Assembly (NCBI RefSeq): GCF_037042905.1
Contig: NC_087245.1
Span: 21,764,001 to 21,828,000 of the forward strand
DNA from: Lytechinus pictus
Lineage: Eukaryota
Direction of reading: 5' to 3'
DNA: 64,000 nt
Part shown: positions 1 to 13,684 of the stretch, piece by piece
Numbering within the stretch: position 1 is the first letter of the stretch
Layout: each line of letters starts with the position of its first letter
Made by a program: the position numbers and the translations under genes
The notes under the pieces: generated by a model
What the model saw: the letters and a program-made list of their open reading frames with translations, nothing else
Database searches by the model: none
Told to the model about the DNA's origin: nothing

Positions 1-787
1 AGGTCAGTATACCTGGCAGCTGAGCGCGCTTCGCGCGCTCACTAAGTGACTCAAAATTTTTGCTGGTGCCCCCCCCCCCAATGCCGTGACCCACGGTACG
101 CCACTGATGATTGACATAACGGGTCATGTCTGTTCCATGGCTAATTCCAACAATACTGGGTTTTTTCTTTTTATTACTTTTTTTTTGGTTAATAAGCTTC
201 TGAGAGAGGTCAAGTTAATTCATGTAACTTTTTAAAGACACAATTCTCTGGTAAAGTTCCTTCTCGCAAAGTGTGATTAACTTGTGGATTCCTCTTTATT
301 TTTCAGCGGATTTTACACATCCATCATTCACATTTTCTTTCAAGTTGGTGCACTGATTATCAACTATTAAACTTAATTTGTTATGTTTCTTGTCCTTCTT
401 AACATGCCCCAGTTTATGATTTGATGAGCCTGGGTATGATTGGGGAAATGTCCCTGCTCAGATCCTGGATGTATAATTGGGGGTTAACATGCCAAAGACA
501 ATTTAGAAATACATCGATGCTGCAAACTTGGAATGGGCTAAAATGAACCACTGTAACGTAACAGAGTGTGTATTTAAAACCGCTGAAGCGAGACAAATTA
601 AATTTTCATAAAAGTTAGATCATGAAATGAGGTTTCAACTCATGAACATTTATTTGAGAATACTACTACAGTTTAGAATCAAGTCAGCCTTACGTCAGAG
701 GGACATTTTTGGGACGCGCTGTACATAACATTTAGACTTAGGGTCCGTTACTGAAGTGGGACAAATAATTTCGCTTCCCGCTGGCCC

Positions 788-1259
788 CGCATACATTCGT
801 AATTCCGAAGGTTCGGTTATTCCGAAGGTTCGTATTTCCAAAGGTTCGTAATTCCGAAGGATCGTTAATACGAAAACGAAATAAGGTTCGTAATTCCGAA
901 GGTTCGTTAGTCCGAAATCGAATTGAGGTTCGTAATTCCGAAGATTCGTTAATCCGAAAACAAAATAAGGTTCGTTACGAAATTACGAACGTTCGGAATA
1001 TCGAACCTTATTTTGTTTTCGGATTAAAAGCACCTTCGGAACAACGAACCTTATTTCTTTTTCGGATTAACGAACTTTCGGAACAACGAATCTTATTTTG
1101 TTTTCGGATTATCGAACCTTCGGAATAACGAACCGTCGGAATAACGCCACAAATGTTCGGATTAACGAACCCTTTTTCGTTTTCGGATTAACGAACATCG
1201 AGGTATAGGCAATTTACGTGGTTCGGAATTACGAACCTTCGGAAATACGAAGTGTAACC
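788..1259. mobile_element. Foldback MITE made of (tt)ccgaaggttcg subrepeats
   Basis: Whole element is palindromic. 8-bp TSD gctggccc at 780-787 and 1260-1267. Second copy at 35288-35672. Confidence 0.8.
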
Positions 1260-1947
1260 GCTGGCCCACACCTAATGGAATGTTGACAATACATTATGAC
1301 ATGTATTGTAATTATTACTTTGGCTGGGGAAAAACCAAGGCGGGGAAAACCAAGGCGGGGAAAACCATAGAGATATGGGGAAATCCATGGGACGGGGAAA
1401 ACCCAACGCACGCGCAATTCCATTGTTAGACGATTCCATGCTAGAAAAAAATCAGCCATTTTCACAACACTTTCAAACGAGGAACTTCAATTTGTTTGGT
1501 TGTAATATTAAAGTACTACTGAGTAGTCATATAAGAAAATAAAAACCAACATAAATATGTTTTCTATTGATGAATTATTCAATGCAATTCGGTTTATTAG
1601 ATATAAATTGGAATACAATGCTGTAGTCCGAAGACTAATTGTGCAGTTTTTACAGTGAATATTATTTATCATTTATATTATTTAAGGCTTTTTTTGTAGG
1701 AATTCATTAAAACCATACGTATTTTCACCAACCAAATGATGCGAGCATGACGCGCCAGCTAATCTTTTTTATATTCAGACCAAAAGAAAGGGATTGGGTT
1801 AGTGTTAAGGCAAGTGTGAAAAAATATATTTGGTGTATATTGACTTGAAAACGGAATATTTTAGTGTCATTTATCCCAAAATCATGAATCAACGTTCCAA
1901 AGGCGCTCGATCGTACAAAACACCCCCCCCCCACACACACACATAGG

Positions 1948-1995
<48 letters not shown>

Positions 1996-3029
1996 GTATA
2001 TATGACTCATGAGATACAGACATGTATCTCACCAACAAATTAATGCGAGCGCGAAGCGCGAGCTGAAATTTTTAGTATACCCACCTTAAAACAGGAAAAG
2101 CGTACCTGTTTAGGACTGTTTGTATAGTAACTCATGAGGAGGATACATATCTCACTACACAGATAATGCGAGTGCCGAGAGCAAGCTGAAATTTATTTAT
2201 ATTCTGACCTGAAAGCTTGATATTCTAAGCATTTTTGGTACCAATGATTAAGATTGGTATCTAAAAGAACAAATCTCTCTCTAAAAGCTCGCATCTCTAA
2301 AGAGATGCGAGCGCGAAGCGCGAGCTGAAAATTTTTGATATTTCGATCTGAAAAAATGACAGATTAATGGACGTTGTTTTTGAAGAACAAGATATATATC
2401 CAACAAAAGATTATTACAAATCGAAGCGGGAGTTATTTTGAGGGTTAGAACTGAAAACGGGACATTCTATCCACCTATTAAATCATGGAAAGTATGGGTT
2501 TTTGCTACAGAAATGATGCGAGCGCGAAGCGCGAGCTGAAAATTTTTGTATTCCAATCTGAAAAGCGGACATTTTGAGCATGATTTGAAATAGAGAACGA
2601 GTTGTGTGTCTCAATATCGCTTGTTGAACATTACAATCTTATTTTATTTTTGCACATCCGGAATTATTGGGGGGGGGGGGGCAAAACGATATGTTTGCCC
2701 CCCCCCCAATATTTTCATCGGTGGGGCGATCGCCCCCTGTCCCCCCCCCCCCCCCAGGATCGACGCCTCTGGCTAGCATTACTCACTGGTGGAACTTCCC
2801 CGCTTTGCGTGGCTCGTTATTGTGTTTGCATCGTTTGAATTAAAACAAGCATGTATGGCAGTTGATAATTTTCCGCAGTGAACGAAGGGGAGTGAAATAT
2901 CCGCGCTACTGAAGATAGGTAAGTTCATATTACGTTTATATATAGATTGTCCTTTATGAATATTATCGTCATCTGAGGGGGACTGGCACATTTCGCCTAC
3001 AATTCTACCTCTGGAGGCCTTCTTCAAGT

Positions 3030-4889
3030 CAGGGGACGTATTTTCGTTTGGGGAGGGGGGAGGGGGCAAAGCCAAAATGAGGCACCCATATGCCACAAAG
3101 GGAATTTTGGTGCAAACGGATATTTTTACCATGAGATTATCATCTGTTTTGTAATAATAAGGTTAAGCAAAAACATATAAAGTGATTTCTGATTGATAAG
3201 TTGTAAAACTCGCCTTTTCGTCAATTATGGACCTTTTTGCTGTTAAAAGGGCATCCTTATTGCGAGATGTTGCGAGCGCGAATCACGAGCTCAAACTTTT
3301 GGAAATTTCATGTAAAAAGACATGAAAAGAAAACATTCCGAGCAGTTTGTAATCATGAAAAAGGGATGTGAATCTAACTCAAGAATTAACGCCAGCGGAA
3401 AGCGTGAGCTATTTTTTTTTTATATACTGACCAGAAAATGAACCTTTTATAGACTGCATTTAGTGACTCATGAACAGGATACGGGTTACATATCTTACCA
3501 ATCGAATACTGCGAGCGTGAGCTGATCATCTAATCAGAAAACTGGACATTCTAGGCATTTTATTTAACCAGGAACATAATGACTATCCTAATAATCATTA
3601 ATTGGTGCGAGCGCAAAACACGATCCAAAATTGCGTGATATTCCAACCTGAAAACTGGACGTTCTAAAGCATTTTTGTATGAACACTAAGGATGAATATT
3701 TTCCTTAACAATTATTGAAGCGATCGAGCGCCAGCCAGAAAATTGTGATTTTTTCGCACCTGAAAACTGGACATTCTAAGCACTGTTTTTATCCAGAAAC
3801 TTATTATTTATTTATTAAAATATCTTTATACAGGATAACAAACTGTTTTTTTCAGCATGGTTCTGTTTACATAAAATAACAATATATACATAAAAGATAA
3901 ACGCGTAACTTAATTTCTATACAAATAATGAATGAATTCAATAACATTAAAATCAGAATTATCACTAATACAAAAAAATTGTTTAAAGACGACATATTCA
4001 ATTTTTGAGGAATCGATTAAATGAGAATAGCTATCCCATGGACAAGACAATAACGGTAATATATGAATTTAAGTGTATGATATCATTGACGCAGTAAATA
4101 ATTTAACAAAATTTATGAAAAAAGTATCAGAAATTTGTTTGCTTAGAGTACGAATTATATTATATGAATATCATTAGTTATAACCCATATCATTAACACA
4201 TTCTAGAAGAGAAATAGAAGCGAAAATCTTGTCTGGTAATTATGTCGGTCACATACCATTTCATTGTGATTACAAAGTTGGGGAGGGGCTAATCCATGTA
4301 TACATTTAAACATTTGTGTGGCAAGAAACTATTCTGTTCTTTCATCAATATCAGTCGAAGATTTTTTTTAAAGGTTTTTTACAAGTGATTTGAGATAAAT
4401 ATTTTGATGAAAGTTTCCAGTTATGTAACGTGCGGCCCTTTTTGTAATCTATACATTTGGCTTAAATTGTTTTTATCCAAGTCCTTTGGAAGCGCATAGA
4501 GACATTATTCATAATTGTGATATGCGCTATACAAGAACTGTTTATTATTATTATTATTTATCAGTGGTATTTCTCCAACAGGAAAAATTAGTATTGTTAT
4601 CAATAAACAATAATTGATGCGAGCGCGAAACATGAACTAAAAATGTGTAATATTCCAACCTGATACTAAACATTCTACGCATTTTTGTAACCATGAACAG
4701 GACGAAAACCTTCACAATAATTGATGCGAGCGCGAAGCGCGAGCCTATATTCTTTTGATTTTCTAACCTAAAATGTATTATATTTTACTTCAAAAAGGGT
4801 ATTTCATTTGAAAAAGGGCATTTTCCATTTTAAAAAGGGCCATTTTTCCCTACGGGGTATGGGGCCCCCCCTCGGTTCCGCCGCCCCTG
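3030..4889. mobile_element. hAT-like non-autonomous DNA transposon
   Basis: cagggg...cccctg termini, perfect 8-bp TSD cttcaagt, internal gcgagcgcgaagcgcgagc repeats. Confidence 0.8.
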
Positions 4890-6440
4890 CTTCAAGTCGA
4901 GTGGAGAGTGTGGATCCGCCGGGGGGGGGGGGGTAGGAGATTGAAGAGGCGGGAGCAAAACATGTGATTTTTGTTATAGGTGTAGGTTTTCCCGTCCAAT
5001 TTCATATAGGAGTCACTTAAATTTATTAATGCGCATTTAAATTCACGCGTTATCGTTTTCTCGGAGATATCGGTCATTCAAATTTTAAAATCAGACAATG
5101 GGACTCATTTAAAGACATTAGAATTTATTTATACTCATTTCAATAAATTGATGGTGAAGACTATCTCAAATTTGATAATTTCAGTATTTGTCACGTGCTT
5201 TGGTTTTCATTTAAAGAGGTTCGTCAATGGTAACAAGTTTGCGAATGTACTTTTAAATTCAAAATGTTGGGCAATGAAATTCAGGAATTGCGCATTATAA
5301 TCAACAATGACTGATGGTATTGCTTGAGCAACCACTTTTATTTTTGAAATTTTAACTTAAGTGTAATTCGTTTGTTTTGAATGGCACCTGTATTCAATAT
5401 GTAAATGTATAAACATATAATAAATTATAGTTGTATGCATTGCGGCTAAATTAGAAATATGTTTAGCCCAAATTTGAATTTCTACAATTTCCTTAATTTT
5501 CACCATAATTTTTTTGCATCTTTTTAGGTTTTTACTTTTCGTCTAGGCCAATAACATATTTTCCCTTTTCAACCTATGTTAGCATTGTCATTAATGCCTA
5601 CTTTCTTCTTTATTTTTGTTCTTTTCAACGTTTTTACAAGTCCTAAGGGCGGATCAATGATTTCCTAAGGAAGGGGGACATTTTGTAAGGAAAATTTTGA
5701 CAACCTAAAAAAAAATTTCACTACAAAATCGCGGTCCTATTATTCAAAGAAAAAATTGACAAGCAAAAGAAAAAAGATCCCCATGCATGACACATTCCAG
5801 TAAATAAAAAAAATTGTGCCTGTCAAAAGTGGATCCGCCTCTGACATGTCCCTTTCATCCATATTTTCAACTTTCATGGGTGATCCTCTGTAAGTCAAGC
5901 ATGGCGGATTTGGAAGGGGTGGCTCCATAGCATCAACCTAGTCTACAAATGCAGACCCACATCTGCAGTGTGTGTACCTCAGCTGATTCAACGAGTCTGC
6001 ATAGCAGACTATGTCTTACTGAGGCTGCAGAAGTGGGTCTACAACTTCTTTGAGCAATGTACACGAAACGTGTACACAAGGCGGAGCTTGCTGAAACCCT
6101 CCGTTGCCAGTAGATACCATGATTGACAGCAGATTTGTGAAGTAGGGGCAAGAGAGGGATTAGGATCCAGCTGTTCTGACCATTTCTTATCTTGTGGAAT
6201 GTATACAAATAGGGCCTTTCTCTTTCACTTTCTGGGCTTGATATAGGTCCATGACTATACATACATGGGTAGATACATATGTGTTATACTTTGAACTATC
6301 AAGGAGTTAGAGGTGATATCTCTTTGGAAATATCTTCTATTACAGAAAGCATGCAGAGAGGAACGTGTATACAGAATATGAATGTGTAGAAGATCACCCC
6401 CGTCATGTAATTGGGCCTAATAAGTAACATACAATAAACA

Positions 6441-6990
6441 TTGCCTTTTCTTTCTTTCTTTTCCTTTCTTTCCTCTTTTTCGTTTTCCTTTTTTCCCCTT
6501 TCATTCTTCTTGATTTTTTCTTTTCCTCTTTCTTTCTTCTCTTCTGATTTCTTTCTTTTTTCTATCTTATTCTTTTCCTCTGACCCCCTTCCTTTCTTTC
6601 TTTTTCTTTCTTTCTTTCTTTCTTTCATTCATTCTTTCCTTCCTTTCTCTTTCCATTTTTTCTCTTTCTCTCTCTCTCTTTTTCTCTTTCATTCTTTCCT
6701 TTCCTCCTTTCTTATTTTTTTCTTTTTTCTTTCACTTGCTCTCTCATTCTTCTTCCCTTCCTTAAATGTCCTGTTTTTAAATGTATCTTTATCATTTCTA
6801 CATTATAATGGAACCGATTGATTAATGTACATAACCGTTTTCTAAAGTACAAAATAAATTACATAAGCGATGACTTGTTCTCCTCTCTTACCCTCTATAT
6901 TTCTTCCCCTTCCTTTCCTTCTTTTTTCTTTTTTATTTCATTTCTTTCCCTTTCCCTTTGTCTCTTTCTCTTCTTTTCCTTCCTTCTCAC
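6441..6990. repeat. Polypyrimidine low-complexity tract
   Basis: Almost entirely C/T on the + strand. Explains the F/S/L-rich and K/E/R-rich spurious ORFs. Confidence 0.9.
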
Positions 6991-8216
6991 ATCTTAATAG
7001 ATTAAGTTTTGTTTGCCCTGCCATTAGCATTTAGTTTCACATTTTCTTTATAATTTTATTCTTTCGACTTAAATGTTTTCTGTCTTCATTAAGCCTATAT
7101 ATATTGTGAATGTGTTGATGTTTTGTTTTATGGCTAATATCAAATAAAGTTAAATTGTATACATATTTCTTGAGGTGAGATTCAGACATCGCCATTGCAC
7201 ATGAAATACAGAGGCCGCGGAAGCGGGGGGGGGGCACCCACTTCCAAAGCCGTGTACATAATCGTAAAAATGACCATATATATGATTGTAATTTTTTGCG
7301 TCATCAGCCCCCACTTTGAAAACCATTCCACGGACCCTGAAATATACACTGTACATCACATCAAAATCATAGAAACCTGTCGGATATTCCATTCTGAAAA
7401 GCAGACAATTTAGATATTTGGAATTGTTGGAAGTGTTATTATTTTATTCCGGTATATATAATAAGGATTATAAGAGTGTGAAACTTGTTGATATTGTGGC
7501 CTGAAAACTGGACATTTTAAGCGCATTGTATTATGAATATATAGGATGCACGGATAATATTTTTAACAATTCATGCAAACGCAAATCGCGAGCCGACTCT
7601 TAGTTTTTATGAAATCCCATAAAAAGGGGATTTTAAGTAGTGTGTATTATAATTATACAGGTATACTGGACCTACCAATAAAAAATGCTAGCTCTTATGC
7701 CTACTTTTTCACAATCAGACACCTCAGAAGGGATAATGGAGATATGAAAGAATAAAGAATGGTATGCAAGTGGCTTGTAATGGAAAAATGGCGCCTGCGC
7801 GGTCATGCATGAGTGATTTTGGAAAATAAAATAGGAGGTGCACAACAATGGGCCATGGACAACATGCGTACCAAATTTTGGAGAATTTAGATAGGGGACG
7901 GACCCTGGGCAGGGCTCACAAGAACCACGTGTTAAACGAATGGGATCTTGTGGAAGAAGAGGAAGCCGACGGAATCAGAGAAATGGAATGATGAGCTTGG
8001 AGTCCATGATATTTGATATGAGGACACAACTGAGGGGGGGGGGGGGTATTGCGCATGCATGGGAGTAAACGTCTGCCAAGGCAGAAGCTCTACATCATCA
8101 ACTTCGTCTTCACGGACATTTCAACTCGTTACTCGTTATCCATCACATTTCAACATAAATTTCGTCATCACCAGCATTGTGATTCTAAGGAATCTTTGCC
8201 AGCCAATTTAGATATA

Positions 8217-9725
8217 TAAACCCCTCAAAAAAAGTTTGGAAATCTGTGTTTGGCCAGTAATTTCTCCCGTCTCCCAATTTTACACAATGCATATTTTACA
8301 TTATTCAAAGGATCATTTAATTCTCTTTAAAATGATACCATGCTTGTTATGATCATGCCACTAGGAAAAGAGCAGGATTCAAAAGAGTTGGATGAGGTCT
8401 GAATTGAAAAGCTGCAAAACGAGCAGAAATAGTCATGATGGGTCAATACAGAACATGATTCTTTTGTCTGTGTCAATAGAGATGAAAATCCACTCAAATC
8501 GAGCCCCTCCTTCTGTAGTGGTGGGACTGTGAGATAACATGGGTTGAAATACCCATGCATGTGCATGTTTGTTTGTTATGTTTTTGATTGTGCAGAGGTG
8601 TGTTTGATTCCATGTTAATGTTGATGTTAAAGGAGAATGAAACCCTTGAAACCAGCTGAATCCATATCAAAGAGAAAAATCAAAGGAACACATTGTTGAA
8701 AGTTTGAGGAAGATTAAATGAATAATAAGAAAGTTATGAGCATTTGAATATTGAGATCACTAGTGCCATGTAGATCCTCCCATCGGCAATGCGACCAAGA
8801 TCTGTGATATCACACACGTACAACTCCCTCATTACTTTAGTACTTATTTCACTTATATTCTCACTTTTATAGAGTCTATCACAAGGTGAGGTGTTCTCTT
8901 TATGAGATGACAGGTACAGATGTTTCACAACATTATATCATTGATGAATCGTTTGTCATATGATTAGAATGAGCAAAAAGAAATATTTTGGGGTATATTT
9001 TCAGTGTCCAAATGGGAGAGTTGTACGTGTGTGACATCACAGATCTTGGTCGCATTGCCAATGGGAGGATCTCCATAGCATTAGTGATCTCGACATTCAA
9101 ATGCTCATAACTCTTTTATTGCTAGTCCTATTTTACTCAAACTTTTGTTGATCTTATTTTTTGATTTTTCTGCTTTCACAAAAGCTAACTTGCTCCAAGA
9201 GTTTCATTCTCCTTTAAGCTGTATGAAAACAATTAAAAGAAACCGCTGAGAAACTCACTCATCACCACGGAAAAAAAGAACAGTGACTTTCAATATTGTG
9301 TCATTTTGCAACTTTTGAATTTTGACCTTGCGCCCCCTTTCAAGGCACTGCACCTCCATGTGAACGATTATCATAATATCATGTAGGGTATTATTTTTAA
9401 GAAAATTAAATGATCTATTCATTGATATTAACTACACATTGATATCTACTTAAACCGATGAGGAATTATCGATCAAATAAAAAAAAAAACACTTAGAAAC
9501 TCACTCATCACTACGGAAAAAAGAATAGTGACTTTCAATATTGTGTCATTTACAACTTGCCCCACATTTCAAGGCACTGTACCTCCATGTGAACCATAAT
9601 CATATCATGTAGGGTATCATTTTAAAGAGAATTAAATGTTCTATTAATTACACATTGGTATTTACTAAAACCAAGGAGGGATTATCGATCAAAGTCAGAT
9701 TTCCAAACTTTTTTTGAGGAGTTTA
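8217..9725. mobile_element. Tc1/mariner-like MITE containing a nested MITE and a ~250-bp internal tandem duplication
   Basis: TIR taaacccctcaaaaaaagtttggaaatctg and its complement at 9696-9725, TA flanks. 9250-9475 is repeated at 9495-9692. Confidence 0.6.
8631..9213. mobile_element. TTAA-targeting MITE (Kolobok-like)
   Basis: TTAA|aggagaatgaaac...gtttcattctcct|TTAA with long imperfect inverted arms. Confidence 0.75.
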
Positions 9726-9767
9726 TATTATTTGAATTAATCAGAACTGACTCTTCAAGATATGTAA

Positions 9768-12570
9768 AGGGGCTTTCTCACCGAAGGTTGCGTAGAGTTA
9801 CGTAGAGTTGCGTAAAGACTACGCAACACCACGCCGCCATTTGTTTTGCATACGCTAGTCTACGCAAGTGGGTACGCGGGAGGAACGCAGAAAATTAAAC
9901 ATGTTTATTTTTTTTGGCGTACTGTTGGCGTAGAGCCAGAGAACGCAGGACATACGCAAGCCTACGCAACACTACGCCAAAATACCCCGGTTTCTCAAAA
10001 CGCCTTTTTTGGAATGGCGTAGTGTTGCGTATAGACCGACGTAGATTTGCGTAGACTTGCGTAGACCTGGTGTACAGTTGCGTATAGTTGCTAAATATTG
10101 GCGTACTCATGCTGGATCCTACTGTTTCTCATCAGGTTTTTGCTGATTGTGCAGTCAGTCACGATAAAAGCTCTGCCAAAACCAAATCAGCACTGCACTT
10201 AATTTGAATGCTTGATTGTTCTGTCCATATTGATGCAAGATGCCAAAAAATAAGACCAAGAGGGGCAAGAAATCTCCTGTTCTTTCTGTTTCAAGTGACC
10301 AAGGTGGAGATTCACCTGCACCACAATCTGAACATAGTGATGCAGCTAGCGACGAAACTCCAAAACAACAAAATAAAAAGAGACAGGCAAAACAATCAAG
10401 GTACTTTGTAGATCAAAAACAGAACATTGAAATCAAAAATACTTAGTGGGCTTTTTCTGATTATTCATTCTAAATTTCTCATTCTAAAATTGACGTCGGC
10501 TCTCTGATTTCTGATTTGCTTTTTGTTCATCAATATTAAAGAACAACATGTACGTCAAAAAATGTTTTGTTTAAAGCGCCAAATTTCATAATTATCTTGA
10601 TAGAATTCAAAGTAAACCACCGTTCTAGCATATATACTGGCAAGCATATGGGTGTCGATCTGTATTCATGGTTGAGGCTGCTTTGTTCTCTTGTGAGGGA
10701 TCTTTTTTTTAATAGCTTTTATTTCAATATTTTTTTTTAGTTTGGGCGGAGGTTAGTGGCGTAATGAGACTAAATTTTTCGGGGCAAGACACGAAAAAAA
10801 GGGCAAAATAATTTCAAATTAAGTAAGTGATCGAGGGAAGCGAGCGAGCCAAAAATAGCTTTTTAATGTTATGACGGATTTTGTCATGATGTTTAAAACA
10901 TATATCATAATCAGTTGCAAAAATTTGGTTTATCTATTTAAAATGATATTTTTGGCTCGGTCGCTTCACTCGCTTACAGCATTTTGAAATTAATTTAGCC
11001 CTTTATGTCATGTCTTGCCCCGAAAACTTTAGAATGGCCTCAACAGACAACTCATTATATTTTTATCCTACTTCACAGCAGTACAGTGTTCCGGACAGCA
11101 GCAAAGAGTTTTTTTCATGTATTTATTAAAAGTCAATGCAGTCAGTGGCGTAACTACGGGGGGCACGTGCCCCCCCCCCCCAATCGGCTGGCAAAAAAAG
11201 AAAAAAAGGGGGAAGGAAAAAAAGAGGGAGAAAGGAAGAGAAACGTAGCGGGAAAGAAGAAATTATTGTTCATTATAATTTCAATTATAATTATGTTATG
11301 TTATATTACATAGAAACAATTTTCATAACTTTATGAAACATAATTTGCTCAGGACTTATATCATTGTTCCCGGTGCTCGCATTGTCTGTTTAACGAGATA
11401 TACAATCCTGATGTACTAAAAACACTCGTTTTCAAGTAAATATACACCAAATATATTTCCTCGCACTTCGAGTTATTGTTTTATGTAGTGACATATGCTT
11501 CTTTTTCATGACTACTTCAGGTCTGAATTTCCTAAATTTTCAGCTTGCGCTCGCAAGATTTGATTAGTGAGATGCGTATGATAATCATGATTACAATGGC
11601 TACAAAAAGTGCTTAATGTGTTAAGATGTAAGTCTAACAAAATCAGCAAGCGCTTGGCACTCGCATTAGATGACTATGGTGAGATATGTATATTCTTAAT
11701 GGATTCCTAAAATATAATACTTAAAATGTCCGTTTGGGGTCAAAATACGAAAATTTCAGCTCGCGCTTCGCGCTCGCAATGTTTGTTTAGCGAGACAGTT
11801 ACGTTTCATGATTAAAAAAATTGCTTATATGTCCCTTTTTAGGTCTGTATATCAAACATTTTCAGTTCGCGCTCTCATTATTTGATCAGTGTCATATGTA
11901 TCCGTTTAATGGCAATGTCCTTAAAATGTCTCTATTAGGTCAGTATAACTAGCAACTGAGCACGCTAAGTGTCTAAAAAACTTGCTGGTGCCCCCTAATG
12001 CCGTGACCCACGGTACACCACTGAGTTAATGCATAACATATAATACACAATATATGAATAAATCTCCAATATTAAGAAATAAAACAGATCAAAGAAAATT
12101 AAAATATATACACGTAATTGAAATCATTTGAAAAAAAGAAAGAAAAATGGATATAACAATAATAAAAAGGCAGAGTAAACGACATAAAATAGACAACAGC
12201 ATATTTAAAATAAATAAATCTATGAACCAAGAATCTCGAGAATGAATTACTTCAAAATCTTAAAAGCTTGTTGGGCTCCTGGGACAGGAGAAAAAGCAAA
12301 GAGCAGCAAAGAGTTGCTTGAGAAGTTTATAAAGCAGGGAATGATATAGGCCGACTGTATTTTGTTTCCGCAAAGATGCCATACGCAACCGTACGCAACG
12401 CTACGTAGACAAGTTACGCAACTCTACGCAACCCTACGCAACTCTACGCGACACTATGCTCCCCTACGCAGGGACTACTCCGATGAGTACGCAGCGAATT
12501 TTCGCGTACTCCCTACGCAACTCTACGTAACTATACGCAACTCTACGCAACCTTCGGTGTGAAAGCCCCT
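9768..12570. mobile_element. PIF/Harbinger-like non-autonomous transposon
   Basis: TIR aggggctttc(t/a)caccgaaggttgcgtagagtt, TSD TAA, 10-bp tacgcaac subterminal arrays in opposite orientation at both ends. Confidence 0.85.
11139..12023. mobile_element. hAT-like MITE nested in the Harbinger-like element
   Basis: cagtggcgta...tacaccactg termini, TSD agtcaatg/agttaatg. Same family end at 1-106, ~26175 and 51688. Confidence 0.75.
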
Positions 12571-13684
12571 TAAGATAATTTGTTACTTTTTTCTTATCCT
12601 TTGTTACCTATTCCGTGTAAATAAATTATAAAAAAGGAACAATAATTTTTAACTAAATTTTCTCTGTTATCTGTTCGGTATTTGATCAATATCGTAACAA
12701 TATATGTGCATATTTAGACTAATTATACCCGTGTTTTCACTGTTATGTTTATGGAGCGGGAAAGGGCACTGGAGCCCCTCATCTCCCCAAAAGTGAATGA
12801 ATAAAATCCACGAATAAGAAATACAAAATAAAAAAGGAGGAAGAGAACGAAAATGAGAGGGAAAGGGGTGATCCATCATATAGATATACATGTACATGTA
12901 TTTTTCACAAAATTAGATTTTCATTTTAAAAATGAGAAGCATTTAGTTTGCTCGCAATCTTTCTAAGAAATGTTGCTCGATACAACCTTTATTACGCACT
13001 GGTGCTTCAATTCCCCGCGCGACGGGGTAGGTCAGTCGTTGGCGCATTGTACATGTTGCATGTTTTGAAAGCAAGCATCGTATGTTAGTTGATAATTTTC
13101 CTGCAGTGAGGAAGGAGGTGTGAAACATCGCTACTAAAGATAAGTTCACATTACGTTTATAGATCGTCCTTTAATGTATGCTATCGTCATATGACGTAGG
13201 CTAGCCACAATTCGCCTGCAATTCGAGCCCTCGGTGTGGGATAGGGGCTTACATCGAAAAGACAGTCCTACCTCAGGTCTGGTGGAGAGCATGGTTAACT
13301 GGGAGCCGGGGGACGACACCACCTACGGAAGCTAATTTTTCTCCCAAGAAATTTTAGTTTGACATGCCAAAAAAGGGGGTTTCTATTAAAAATATATGTA
13401 GGTATTTTTTGTTACATTTCTTCAATTTGTCACAACTACCAGAATAAAAGGGGGTGCTCAGGTGATGCCTATGGAGAATAATACACGCAGCACCCTCAGG
13501 AAAAAGCACCCCCAGAACCCCCCACTTCTCAGGGCCATGTTAATTCAGTCGTAATCGATTACCTCAAACTGATTTTGTGTGACAAACCATTCAGTATTAC
13601 ATTATTGAATAATTACTTAAAACACAATAACAATTAAATGTGAATTATTCAGTTTCAATATATCGATCTTATACGGATGGAACA

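Noticed and set aside
790..1260. Regularly repeated ccgaaggttcg units that look CRISPR-like
   Set aside because: No unique spacers and no cas genes. The array flips orientation at its centre and has a TSD, so it is a foldback MITE in a eukaryote.
6299..6821. K/E/R-rich and F/S/L-rich ORFs
   Set aside because: Translations of a polypyrimidine tract. The same applies to 13640-13993, 41639-42059 and 52887-53237.
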